A stretch of 64,000 nt of DNA, taken from contig VJWM01000103.1 of the NCBI GenBank assembly GCA_010909165.1, positions 62,001 to 126,000 on the forward strand, in the 5' to 3' direction. The notes under the pieces are model-generated. The model was not told the DNA's origin. It saw only the letters and a list, made by a program, of their open reading frames with translations, and did no database searches. The DNA is from Anthoceros angustus (lineage: Eukaryota > Plantae > Anthocerotophyta). Position numbers and translations under genes: made by a program. Positions 50,751-62,143 of the stretch are shown here, in pieces. How positions within the stretch are numbered: position 1 is the stretch's first letter; every line of letters begins with the position of its first letter.

Positions 50751-51104
50751 TGATTTTTCTACACGGGTTACCTTACTAGTATCACACATAGATAATTGGA
50801 GTAGGGTTTGCATTTAGTTCACAACGGATTTTCTACAAGACTATACAAGGCTGGACTAGGAGTAGGAGTAGGAGTATCACACATATAATTGGTGTAGGCC
50901 TTAAGCATTTAGTTTACTACTCTATTCCCTACTTTTGTCAAAGTAACCTCCATTATCTCTTCAAAGTGTTGTTGTAGGAATGAATTTAACTCCTTCCTAC
51001 TTTATTGAATTCGGAGGAAGTCCTCCAGAAGGTCAACGGTCCAGTATTGCAAAGGAAGTATTGCAAAGTATCCTTGTAAATAAGAAAGTAGCTCTATTTA
51101 ACAA

Positions 51105-51905
51105 GTCCCAATAATGAACAACCTAGTCTTGAAGAGGAGTACTGCGCCTGTCCCAAGTCGTTCCCGATAATGAACAACCTAGTCTTGAAGAGCAGTCCAG
51201 AGTACTGCGCCTGTCCCGAGTCGTTCCCGATAATGAACGACCTAGTCTTGAAGAGCTGTCCAGAGTACTGCGCCTGTCCCGAGTCGTTCCCGATAATGAA
51301 CAACCTAGTCTTGAAGAGCAGTCCAGAGTACTGTCCCGAGTCGTTCCCGATAATGAACAACCTAGTCTTGAAGAGCATTCCAGAGTCCAGAGTACTGTCC
51401 CGAGTCGTTCCCGATAATGAACAACCTAGTCTTGAAGAGCATTCCAGAGTCCAGAGTACTGTCCCGAGTCGTTCCCGATAATGAACAACCTAGTCTTGAA
51501 GAGCATTCCAGAGTACTGTCCCGAGTCGTTCCCAATAATGAACAACCTAGTCTTGAAGTGTAGTCCAGAGTAGAATGAACAACCTAGTTTTGAAGAGTAG
51601 TCCGGAGTAGAATGAACAACCTAGTCTTGAAGAGTAGTCCGGAATAGAATGAACAACCTAAGCTTGAAGAGCGGTCAGAGGCGCCTATTCCAGTCGTTCC
51701 CAATAATGAACAACCTAGTCTTGAAGTGTAGTCCAGAGTAGAATGAACAACCTAGTTTTGAAGAGTAGTCCGGAGTAGAATGAACAACCTAGTCTTGAAG
51801 AGTAGTCCGGAATAGAATGAACAACCTAAGCTTGAAGAGCAGTCCGGAGTAGAGCGCCTATTCCGAGTCGTTCCCGATAATGAACAACCTAGCCTTGAAG
51901 AGTAC
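51105..51905. repeat. Minisatellite array, ~16 copies of core AATGAACAACCTAGTCTTGAAGAG, unit lengths ~37 and 56-64 bp
   Basis: Core recurs throughout; higher-order ~168-bp duplication between ~51520 and ~51860. Confidence 0.92.
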
Positions 51906-53179
51906 ATCAACTACCCCGAGTTGTGAAGAGTGACCTGTATGTGAACGTCCTATGTACATATGTACACATGTAGTCTTGAAAAGCGGTCCGGCGTACGATG
52001 CATACCCCAAGTCCTCAAGAACGACCCGGACAAGGATCAACCCGAACAATGAATGATCCCTACTCCTGACAACAACCGACAAACACTCTGAACATTGAGT
52101 GATCCCGGGTCCTCAAGAACGACCTTGCATATGTGTGTATGTACTGAGTCCTGAGAGTGAACAACAGGACCCACGACTCCCGACAGTGAACGACAACGAG
52201 CCATGAGTCCTGACAAGAACCCAACACCCTCGTATTTATTCATCAAAAGATGCGAGCGTAAATATTCCAAGTGTGGACTTTGTAGCATATGTTGAGAGCG
52301 ACACACCCGCTAGGAAGGACGAGACGGAGCCCAATAGAAGAGGAGTCCATCTTCCGGAGTACAACCCTGAAAAGTAAAGATCACTAACCCTATGAATCAA
52401 GACTAGATACTTAATAAGGAAAGGACCCACAAACACTAATATAAACACTAGGTAGCCATGAGAAGAAAAAATTAAGTTGTATAAGTCTCTTGGGTTGCAT
52501 GTTAGAGGGATCCGCGTTTTGGAAGTTATCGTGTTTGATACGTGCGAACATGCTCTTGATTGTTTAAAACGAGGCGATAGCGCATAATAAGCAGATGGGC
52601 GCGTAGGCAGCTTATAAACAGATGGGTGAAAGTGAGGAGACGTCGGGTAGGTGCGGTACGAGATAGGCCAGGCCAGGCAAGGCAAGGCCAGGCCTGCATC
52701 ACTTGGTGTGAGAGGCAGGGGCAGGGGCAGGGGGCCGGGCGTATACTGCCGTCGCGGTTGGCCGTGACGGAAGAGAGAAGAGAGAGACGGCAAGGACCTG
52801 GAGGCGGGGCACAAGCTCTTGGAAAGGAGCGCGCCCACCAGATCCGGGGACGCACCGTCCAAGTCGAAGGCAGCCGTGGCTCCTTTGGCGCGCCCTGTTG
52901 CATCGCTCTGTTGCCAAGCCAGCACGCGAATCCGAGGCGAAGCGGAGGAGGCCCAGCGAAAGGAGGAGACGCAGGTGCGGCAGGTGCGGGCGCCACAGCC
53001 TCGCCAGGGTTTGCTCCATGCATGTGCTCTGGGAGCGGCCGGTGAGGCATAGGTCGGGGAATTGGAGCTGGATGCGGTGGCGGCTGAAGCTCCTGGCTTC
53101 TTGCAGAGGAGGGTGAGCATTCCGGAGCGCATGTGACCGCGCCCGGGCTGCGGAACCTGGTGGGTGGTGCCCCTCGGCT

Positions 53180-56100
53180 ATGGCGCCCGCCCGCAGGGGC
53201 AGAGGCCGGGGCAGAGGCAGGGGCCGGGGCGGGGGCGTGATGCCGGCTGTGGCTCTGGCTCCCGCGAAGCAGGACTGGCGCATCGGGGAGCTGGTGCTGG
53301 CCAAAGTGAAGGGGCATCCCAAGTGGCCTGCAAAGGTGCATTTTTCTGTCTGATCTTGTGTGCCTGTTGGTCGGTTGCGTCTGAGAGGTTGGCATGTGTG
53401 TGAGCGTGCTTGCGTCGTGGGGGTGCTGCGGTGCTGACCTAGTCCAGGAGGCCAGAAGGGTGCACTGTGTTTTGCCTTGTCCTTGGGAGGCAACTGCCCT
53501 CTGCCTGGTTAGGAAGGATGGAAGTCAGTACCCACTACTTGAGGGGGTCGGAGGGGGCTGCTGCCTGAGGGCCACCGCGTTGTCCGCGATGCTGCCTCTC
53601 CCCCGATCCGTCAGGCTTTCCACCTACAGTCCCCTTCGCAAGCTGACAGCACGAAGTCCTGGCCACTACTTCTTCCCCCCGCCTGACCTGGCCTGGTCTG
53701 TATGCATGCTATCCTGCTGTTCCATGTACGCGTGCAATGCACTGATAGACCGCTGGGGTTGTATGTTGAACTTGGCAGATAACACCATTGGAAGAAACGG
53801 GGTTGAAAGGCAAACCGAGCACAGTCTCTGTTCGCTTTTTCGGAACTGAACAAGTGTGAGCTCCCTTTTAGAGTCTCGAGTCCGAGTGTACCTCTAGTTA
53901 TCCAACTGACTGATTGCAGCAGAGTCGGATGCCTTGTGAAGATGAGGGGGGTCTTAGGGTTCGTTTTCTAGGGTTTTCCAGCGAGTCACTTCTATGGAGT
54001 AGCCTTGGGTACTGACTCTGTTTTGCTCATTCTGTGCTTTTCTGCAGTGCCTTATGTGCGTTTAGTGATCTTACAGTGTTTACGGCTGAGCATAGGGAGA
54101 AGTATGGCCACAAGACCAAAGGCAAGGGGCAGAGCCAGATTTTTGTGGACGCCGCTAAACTCATATGTGCAGAGTTTGATGAAACCCGTGGGCAGTTACC
54201 AGATGAAAGGCAGTTTATAGATGATGCGCACATAGCTGACGACCAAATTTCGAGAGAAGAGACAGAATCAGACGTTAGGGATGATGGGAGTCATTTGGGA
54301 ACTGACGTCACTGATGATGATGACAACTTCGTCCTAGGGGGTGGTGTTGTAGAGCAGTGTGTAGAAGCTTTCTCTGATCAAGATCCGCAGGAGCTCTTTA
54401 GTGAACCTCAAATGAGTAATGAGAAGCAACTTGACGAATCTATGGAGGTAGACACAGGGGTTGTGGAGAAAGTCTCACCTGCAGTTGAAACTGTAACTGG
54501 ACCAGCGCTTGTGGTGGAACCTGAAGAGGTTGCTCGAGAGCTGGAGGGGGACTCATGTAAAGAACTTGTAGACAGTGTTGAGCAGCCTGTTGAAGGTGCA
54601 GTCGCTGTGGAAAGTGCATTAGCGGTGGAAGATACAGTAGCCGTGGGAACTGCAGGTGCTGTGGAAACTTCAGTCGGTGTGGAAACCTCAGTTGCTGTTG
54701 AAAGTGCTGTTGCTGTGGAGACCCCTGTTGTTGTGGAAACTGCTGATGCTGAGGATAATGCAGTTGCTGGGGAACATGCTGCTGCAGTGCACACTACGCC
54801 TGCTGTGCAAACCATGGTTGCCGTGGAGGCTGCGGTTGTTGTGGAAAATACTGAAAATTTGTTGGAGCTTGGTCCTCTTCCAGTTGTTCGGAGAGCGTCC
54901 CCACAGTTGGCTTACAGGAAGAGACCAAAGCCTGCTGCAGTAGTGAAGCCCCCGCAGCTGGAGGTTCCTCCACTGGTATCTACTCCAAATGGTGTAAATA
55001 GGGTTGACGTTCCGGATGCGAAGGAGGAAAAGCCTAAGCAAATTAGACGCAGGCAGAAGAAGACCGTTGTCAAGACTACAACTGTTAAGGTCAAGAGGAG
55101 GAAACAGAATAGGGATGAGAGTGATGAGGAGGAGGCTTCACTGGGAGAAGAGAGTGGTGGCTCTGACAACAAAGATGAGGACTTCTCACCAGGTCAGGCA
55201 CCAGAGGCTGAGGGTGAAAGCCCTCAAGATGATGTACTGAGGCATAACAGAAGAGTGAAAAGGAATTGTACATTGAAGACTGTGTCTAAAACAACATCTT
55301 CTTCAGTTACGCTAAAGAATAAAAAGCCTGCAGGGATGAAGGTTCCAAAGGGAGGGAAACCAGCTGGGATGGCTGTGGAAAAGTGCACCTCCAACTTCAG
55401 TGAAGATGTGGATGGACTTGATGGGTATCTATCTGTTCCTGAGAAACTTGTAGATTCTGGATCTGACTTAGGAAGTAAAGCCCTAGTTGCAAAATCAGCA
55501 GCTGCAAAGGAGAAAACGCTGCAGAAAGTTGAAGGAGAAACTGGCAAGTCAGGGCAACAAGGGGATACACCAAAAGCAGACATCAAGGTTCCAGCAGCTG
55601 GCGTTTATCAGCGCCGGAGGCCTGGTCAAAAGTCGCAAGTGCCTTCGACCACAGTGTTGGTATGTATCTTCTGACTACTTTTGTTGCTGTGCTGTGTATT
55701 TAACGGTCAACCAACTAGACCTCTCGTTCCTGCCTGCAGGATGGCAAGGCCACGGTTCTCAAGTCCAAGCTCGAGGATCGAACTAAGTCTAGTGGTCCTG
55801 GGGTAAGCACCAAGCCTGCGCCTGCAGGCCTACAGTCTGAAAAACCCTCACAGCTGAAAAGGCGAAGGGAAGATGACGCCAGGAAGGGCAAGCTCAAAGC
55901 AGAAGCTGGCAAAGAGTCAAAAGAAAAGGTACCCCAAGCATCTGGCATCAGCAAAATTGCTGGGGGAGGGAAAAGAGATCCGGATGATAATCTCCCTCTA
56001 ATTAAAAGAGCGAAGGTACGTGGTGACAAGGGCTTGTGGCATGCTGATCGAGATAAAGGCGGGAGTAAAATAAGGTTAAAGGAAGCATCTGAGCAGACAA

Positions 56101-59100
56101 GGATGGGAGCAGCACCATCTACAGAGTTTGAAAGGAAGCCAAGGAATGATCAGATTCTGGTGAAGTCGAAGAATTCTGACAGAGGCACAGTACTGCCTCC
56201 GAAGGCAGATAAGTCAAGGATTAGAAGTAGCTTGGCAGATGAGGAGGCAACACTTCCACCGTCAAAGAGGATACATCGTGTTAATGAAGCCTTGGCAGAG
56301 TGTGCTGCTGAGGCCTCTACTGCTGCAAAAGATGACCCCTTGAAGTCTGCTGAAGCCAGCCTGGACAAGTCTTCCACTCCAAGGTTGCGTGCAGAAACAG
56401 CGGTTGCTGATGCACAAGTTGGTGAATCTATGCACATCACAGTGGATCAAGGCTTTCGAGAGAGAAATGAAGAGGGAAAATCGCCAGCTCCCAGTAGGTT
56501 CTCTCCTTTGAAGCATCGCCCTACTGGCGATCTAAAGGGCACAGGTGATATGGCAGAAACAAAAGGGAAGCTGACGAAATTGAAAAGACAACAAACTCTG
56601 ACTCCAAGCCGGGAAGGTGCTGGGAGTCCTTTTGTGCATGGCAGTGACCTGTCAGACGTTTCTGCTCGAGGACTTTCAAATGGGTTGAGCACCCTTGGAA
56701 GTTTTGATGCTAGTGGTGGGAGGGGACGGCCTGAGGAGCCTATCAACCGAGTTAGACAAGCGTAAGCATTTTGTCCAGGCTCAGTGTTTTATGCTTCCTG
56801 ACTCACGCTTCATATTAATGCTGAGCTCTCTTTCTTGACTTAATGGCAGGTATGAAGCAGCTAAGGAGACAAAGCAAAAGCGCATATCTAGGGAAGAGGA
56901 CCCTACCTCGTCGGCATCTCTGAAGTATCTTATTGCCCAAGCACAAGCTGCTCAAGCACAGGCCAAAAAGCAATCTCGTCACATGATGAATGTTCCAGAC
57001 ATGTTGGTACCTGTAGTCACAAGTCCCTCACCTATACTTCGAAGGGGGAGCTCACCAGTTCAAAACTTCGGTACTTCACAGGATGTTTTGAGATCAGGAC
57101 CCTATTCAGATTATACATCAGCTGATGCATCAAGGTTAGATGCGTATGGCTATGGACCAAGTCAAGGGCCTGGTATAGCGGCTAGAGATGGTGAATCAGC
57201 AGAAGAGAAAGAAAAAGCAACAGCACGGGAGGCATTTGAGGGCATGCTAGAAACGCTGTCTCGGGCAAAGGACAGTATTGGGCGAGCCACTCGCCATGCC
57301 ATTGAATGTGCAAAGTTTGGCATTGCTGATCAGGTGAGCACCAGACTTGTTTTTTGGGGTGGGTTTTTGCTTTTGTGTGTTATTTTGTTTACTTCATGAC
57401 TTCTTCAGGTTGGTAAACTGCCACTGCAACATTTTTCTCAATATTGGTATACAGCTGCACCTGTCCTGTTCCTGATGTGGCTGGTGCAATGCAGGTCGTG
57501 GAAGTTATAATGCACAAGCTGGAAGTGGAAACAAGTTTTCGACGCAGACTTGACCTTTTCTTCTTGGTGGACTCAATCGCACAGTGCTCTTCCACTCAGA
57601 AAGGTAAGTCCGTGTTATGTCTGTCCCTCCCATGTTCTGCTTTCCCTAGAGAATGATCTTGACGTATCTTCCTCTTCCTTTTAGGTTCTGCTGGTGCTTC
57701 CTATGCCCAGGTTGTGCAGGTTGCCTTGCCACGGTTGCTGAATGCTGCTGCACCACCTGGGCTGGTTGCTAGTGAAAATAGGCGCCAATGTTTGAAGGTA
57801 TGTGTCCTCCATTTGCATATGGTGTCAATAGCAGCATTTTTTAAGTCTATGCAATGTTTAGTGGATCTTGAGACTTGAGGACCCATACGTTTTTGCACTT
57901 GCTGAATTTAGGTTCTGCAATTGTGTGATTCAGGTCCTCAGTATCTGGCTCGATCGGAACATCTTGCCAATACCAGTCGTCAAGCACTTCATGAAGGAAA
58001 TTGAACACCACAATGATGACCACATCGCAGGGAGCTTACCTCGTCGACCATCTCGAGCGGAACGTGCTGTTGATGATCCTCTGCGTGAGATGGAAGGCAT
58101 GTTTGTGGATGAATATGGAAGGTGTGGATGTAGCTTCCTCTGGATCCTGACTACACGTCGTAGTGTAGAAACTACTGCTCAAATGACTTACTAATGTAAG
58201 ATCTGTTCCTTTGTTTTTCCTCTCATTTGCAGCAATGCGAGTTTCGCTATGCCTGGTCTTGTGATTCCTCGCATGTATGAGGATGATGAGGACGGCAGTG
58301 AAGGTGAGAGGAGGATGGATGGGGTTTACGAGAGTGGAATCACTACAATGGAGTCTCCTGAATTCAGTGATCGGCATCGGCATGTTCTGGAAGCTGTGGA
58401 TGGGGAGCTTGAAATGGAGGATGTTTCGCCAAGGTCTGACATTGAGAAGTCAAAGAAACCACCCGGTGAGGAGGTTGCTAGAAGTGAGAACACAGAAGTG
58501 CAGTCCTCTGCGTTATTGGGGCCCAGAGATGAGAAGGAACTTCCACCCCTGCCATCAGACCCTCCACCTCCACCACCATCTCCTCCTCCTCTTCCTCAAT
58601 CACCTCCACCTTCGCCCCCACCACCTCCACCTCCAGCTTCTCCACCCTCACGGTCACCTGCGGCTGGGGCCCCATCCTTCGAGTCCATGTATGCCTCCCC
58701 CTCTAACCCAGAAGGCATGTTGGGAGGGTCAAGTCATGATGGACCTAGGATAGCTGTGCACAGCACACCACATCAGGCTGCATGTGTGTCTGGGTTTGTG
58801 CAGCAACCATCTCAAACTGGGTTATCCCCCATCAGTGCCTCTTACAGCACTCCCTTGCCGTACATGATCCCTCCCCTTCAAACGCCTGCTGTGCCCTTGC
58901 AGTCTAACCTCCCACTGTCAGCCTATTCGTCAGTTCCAAGAGGTGCAGGGCTTGTGCCTGTAAGTCCGAATTTTGCACAAAGCCCTTATGCCAGGCCTCA
59001 GGTGCATGCTCAGCAGATTCCACCTCCGTATCATTTCAACAGGGAGGAACCTGGGCAGCCATTGCGGCCAGATTCTGGAGATGACAGCGCGTCGCCCCAT

Positions 59101-59674
59101 GTGAGAAACGCTCAGGAGGACAACAAGTGGAGGATGCAGCAAGACCCAGGAGCAGATGGAGGGCAGAAAGCAGGTTTGGTGTTCTGCCAGGTTGTCATGT
59201 GGTAAGCTTTTGCTTGTTGCAAGTTCACTTACAGGATTGACTTTGTGGTTGTGCTTCCCCTCAGGAAATGCACCCTTTTCTCACGATTCCATGGTGAGGC
59301 CAGGCCTTGGGATGAGTCGGCCGAAAGTACTCCCCCCTTACTGTGGCATATCCCAAGGTTTGCCACCAAATCCCCCAAGGCCACAGTTCTCTTCTTTCTC
59401 CCCACCACCTCCACCACCACCTCCAGCACCTCCGCTTGCTGGACATGGAGCTCCACCAGGAGCTCCACCTGCGGTATTGGCTACGGGTGGATCAGGTATC
59501 ATCGATGTTGTTTTTTTCCTGTTCTTTCTGGTACATTGTGGGATTTTTTTACTTTATCCTGGACATGGTGGGCTGATGACGTTGCTGCCTTTCATAGGAC
59601 AACCAACCTCCCAAGCCAAAATGCTTGGCTTTAGACCTGGACTACCTTCGTCAAACGGCTGGCGTCCAAGTTGA
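53180..59674 (+). CDS. HUA2: HUA2/HULK-like protein (PWWP + CID/RPR + Pro-rich C-terminus), multi-exon
   Basis: WRIGELVLAKVKGHPKWPAK...VRFFGTEQ PWWP; LPPSKRIHR; AFEGMLETLSRAKDSIGRATRHAIECAKFG; RRPSRAERAVDDPLREMEGMFVDEYG; LEAVDGELEMEDVSP; ends WRPS*. Confidence 0.92.
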
Positions 59675-61235
59675 TGGCTTCAGTATGAGAGGTGCCTTTT
59701 TTGCCTCTGTAAGACCTCTTGTAAGTCTGTGGGGACTTGACAGCCTCTCGTGTTGACAGCCCTCCAGCTAAGGGTTAGAGTGTGGTGTGTGGTCCCATAG
59801 CATACGATCTCGTTGAAAATGACCAGATTGTTCTTTCCAATGCTGTAACTGAACTAGAACTATTCTCACTTTGGTCTGTGTTCCAGATTATGAAGTGTAG
59901 GTGGACCAAAGGCCGTCTGGCCCCTACTCAGGGGCAATGTATTTGAAGGATAAGACACCCAAGTAAGTTATCAGGTGCCCGGGAGCTTCATGGCAGATGC
60001 CTCATACACTCTTGTAGATAAGTGGACTACTGCACCTACATTTTAGCACACGATAATATGGTCGACATCTGAATTCTTAGACACTCAGAACATCGAAACA
60101 TTTGCTGCGTTGACACTGGATGTTCAATTCTATGTTAATACAGTCTTCTTTAACGTCATATTCGCCGCCTGATGTCCAGCGGTGTAGGGCCATGTGATCT
60201 TTTGGAAAGAAAAGACAAGGAAGCACCCCTGGTGACATTCCTTGGGATTTTATGGTACCTGCTAAAGAATTCTCTTGTTCCAGGATGCAGTGGCTTATCC
60301 GTTTGGAATTGTCTAGTGCTGCATGCCTGTGTACTCGATATTCCCTCCCCGTGGATGGCTTCAGAGGTTGTGAGTGATGTCCTGTATGCTGGGGTAATAC
60401 TGCTGCTGCCACTAAGATTCTACAATGTCTCCCAGTTGGGGTATGCGGGGGGAGTGGAGGGGGCGGTCTTTCTGCCTAAATGTGCAACCTTGTTGCTCTG
60501 GATGGCTTTCGTCTTGCAGATGTCTGTAGATTTCCTCTATTCCTGGCTAGGTTGTGAGTGTCATCAATGTTTGTCATTGCTGATGAAGTAGATCCCCGTT
60601 TTGCAGCTGACACTGAATTGGTGACACTCTGTGGTTCCAGGAACGGTGTCTCTGACTTGCTAAGCAACCATGCTGTGTCACAACAGTGCAATGTCATCGT
60701 GTGAAGGAGTTGAGGTTCGTATGTTGTGGCCTGTGAACAAGACAGGTCTCGTTTGCCGCTTGACTGATCTGAACACACTTGTACATCCGAAATTAAAAAC
60801 TGACCCGAGATGAGGTATTTATCAATTTCATGACATGGTGCAGTAGGATTACGGTTGTACTGCGGCGGAAAATTTCCAGTGGCTTCTATCGATATCATTG
60901 TAGATGTAGATGTCGTCAATGGACAGTACATAGCCGTTTGCGTTATTCAAGACTGTATGTATTTACCCAACATTTGGGTGACCAGACTGACAGTACTAGT
61001 GTTGTACCCTCTGCCGTGAAGCCTGTACTAACTCCCACCTCTGAAACTAAGAGCACTCTTTTCTTACGTTTGCTTCTTGGAAAAATTGGAAATGAGTTTC
61101 CTGGTCCCTGTTGAACTGGCAGCATTGGCCCGGACGTCTGGATGGCTGCGAAGGTCCTTCTTCAAGACCGGCTGTGGAGTGTTGGGCTGCTATTGCAAGA
61201 TGAACTACTAGCAACATGGTCTGTAGAAATGAAGG

Positions 61236-61601
61236 CAAATGAGCTCTCGGGGAGCAATGGTAATTACGAGCTCAGCTAGCGCCATACCTGTAGTAGGAGA
61301 CACTATAGTAACTTGGCTTTCGGGTGGCTTTTCCGTAGGCAATGCCAACGTATATCGTTTTTTTAGCCTTCATTACTTACTTCCCTTCATCATTGCAGGT
61401 GTTAGTATTCTTCATCTAGCTGCATCACATCAATATGGTTCCAATAATCTATTGGGTATCAATTCTTCCGTAGATAAAATAGCTCCTCATTCCTATTTTT
61501 ACGTAAAGATCTAGTGGGTTGGGTAGCGTTTGCCATTTTTTTTCCTATTTTCGTTTTTTATGCACCTAATGTCTTGGGGCATCCCAACAGCTATATACCT
61601 G
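61236..61601 (+). pseudogene. cob: NUMT: mitochondrial cytochrome b exon fragment (cob nt ~421-787), unedited, one 1-bp deletion
   Basis: [29 protein letters not shown]...[11 protein letters not shown]...[11 protein letters not shown]...APNVLGHP..YIP. Confidence 0.95.
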
Positions 61602-62082
61602 GTGCGGATAGTGATTCTCGGGACACCCTTAAGGAACCGGAAGAGCATATCAATGTTATAGGTGCAATAGCGATTCTCGTGACACCCTTAAGGAACCGGA
61701 AGAGCATATCAATGTTACAGGTGCAAGTAGCGACTCTCGTGACACCCTTGAGGAACCAGAAGAGCATATCAATGTTAACAGGTGCGGATAGCGATTCTCG
61801 TGACACCCTTAAGGGACCGGAAGAGTATATCAATGTTACAGGTGCGAGTAGCGATTCTTGTGACACCCTTTAGGAACCGGAAGAGCATATCAATGTTACA
61901 GGTGCGGATAGAGATTCTCGTGATAACCTTAAGAAATTGGAAGAGCATATCAATGTTACAGGTGCGGCTAGCAATTCTCGTGACACCCTTAAGGAACCGG
62001 AAGAGCATATCAATGTTACAGGTGCGAGCAGCGATTCTCGTGACACCCTTAAAGAACCGGAAGAGCATACCACTGTTACACT
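61602..62082 (+). repeat. Eight tandem ~60-bp units GTGCGGATAGCGATTCTCGTGACACCCTTAAGGAACCGGAAGAGCATATCAATGTTACAG, probably the amplified 5' end of a group II intron
   Basis: Units start at 61602, 61662, 61721, 61782, 61842, 61902, 61962 and 62022; the first begins with GTGCG immediately after the cob exon. Confidence 0.9.
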
Positions 62083-62143
62083 GTGCAACTCGATATGGAA
62101 GCACTCTGAACGGAACTTCCTGGCTGGTAAAATGCGGGCCAAG

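Noticed and set aside
51105-51905. CRISPR-like appearance (constant repeat with variable spacers)
   Set aside because: Spacers are related to one another and vary widely in length; no cas genes; eukaryotic context.
52236-53493. Several 260-300-aa minus-strand ORFs upstream of HUA2
   Set aside because: Low-complexity products of a GC-rich promoter/5' region; no domain similarity.
60077-61235. ORFs upstream of the cob fragment as group I intron or gene sequence
   Set aside because: No group I core motifs or protein family recognised.
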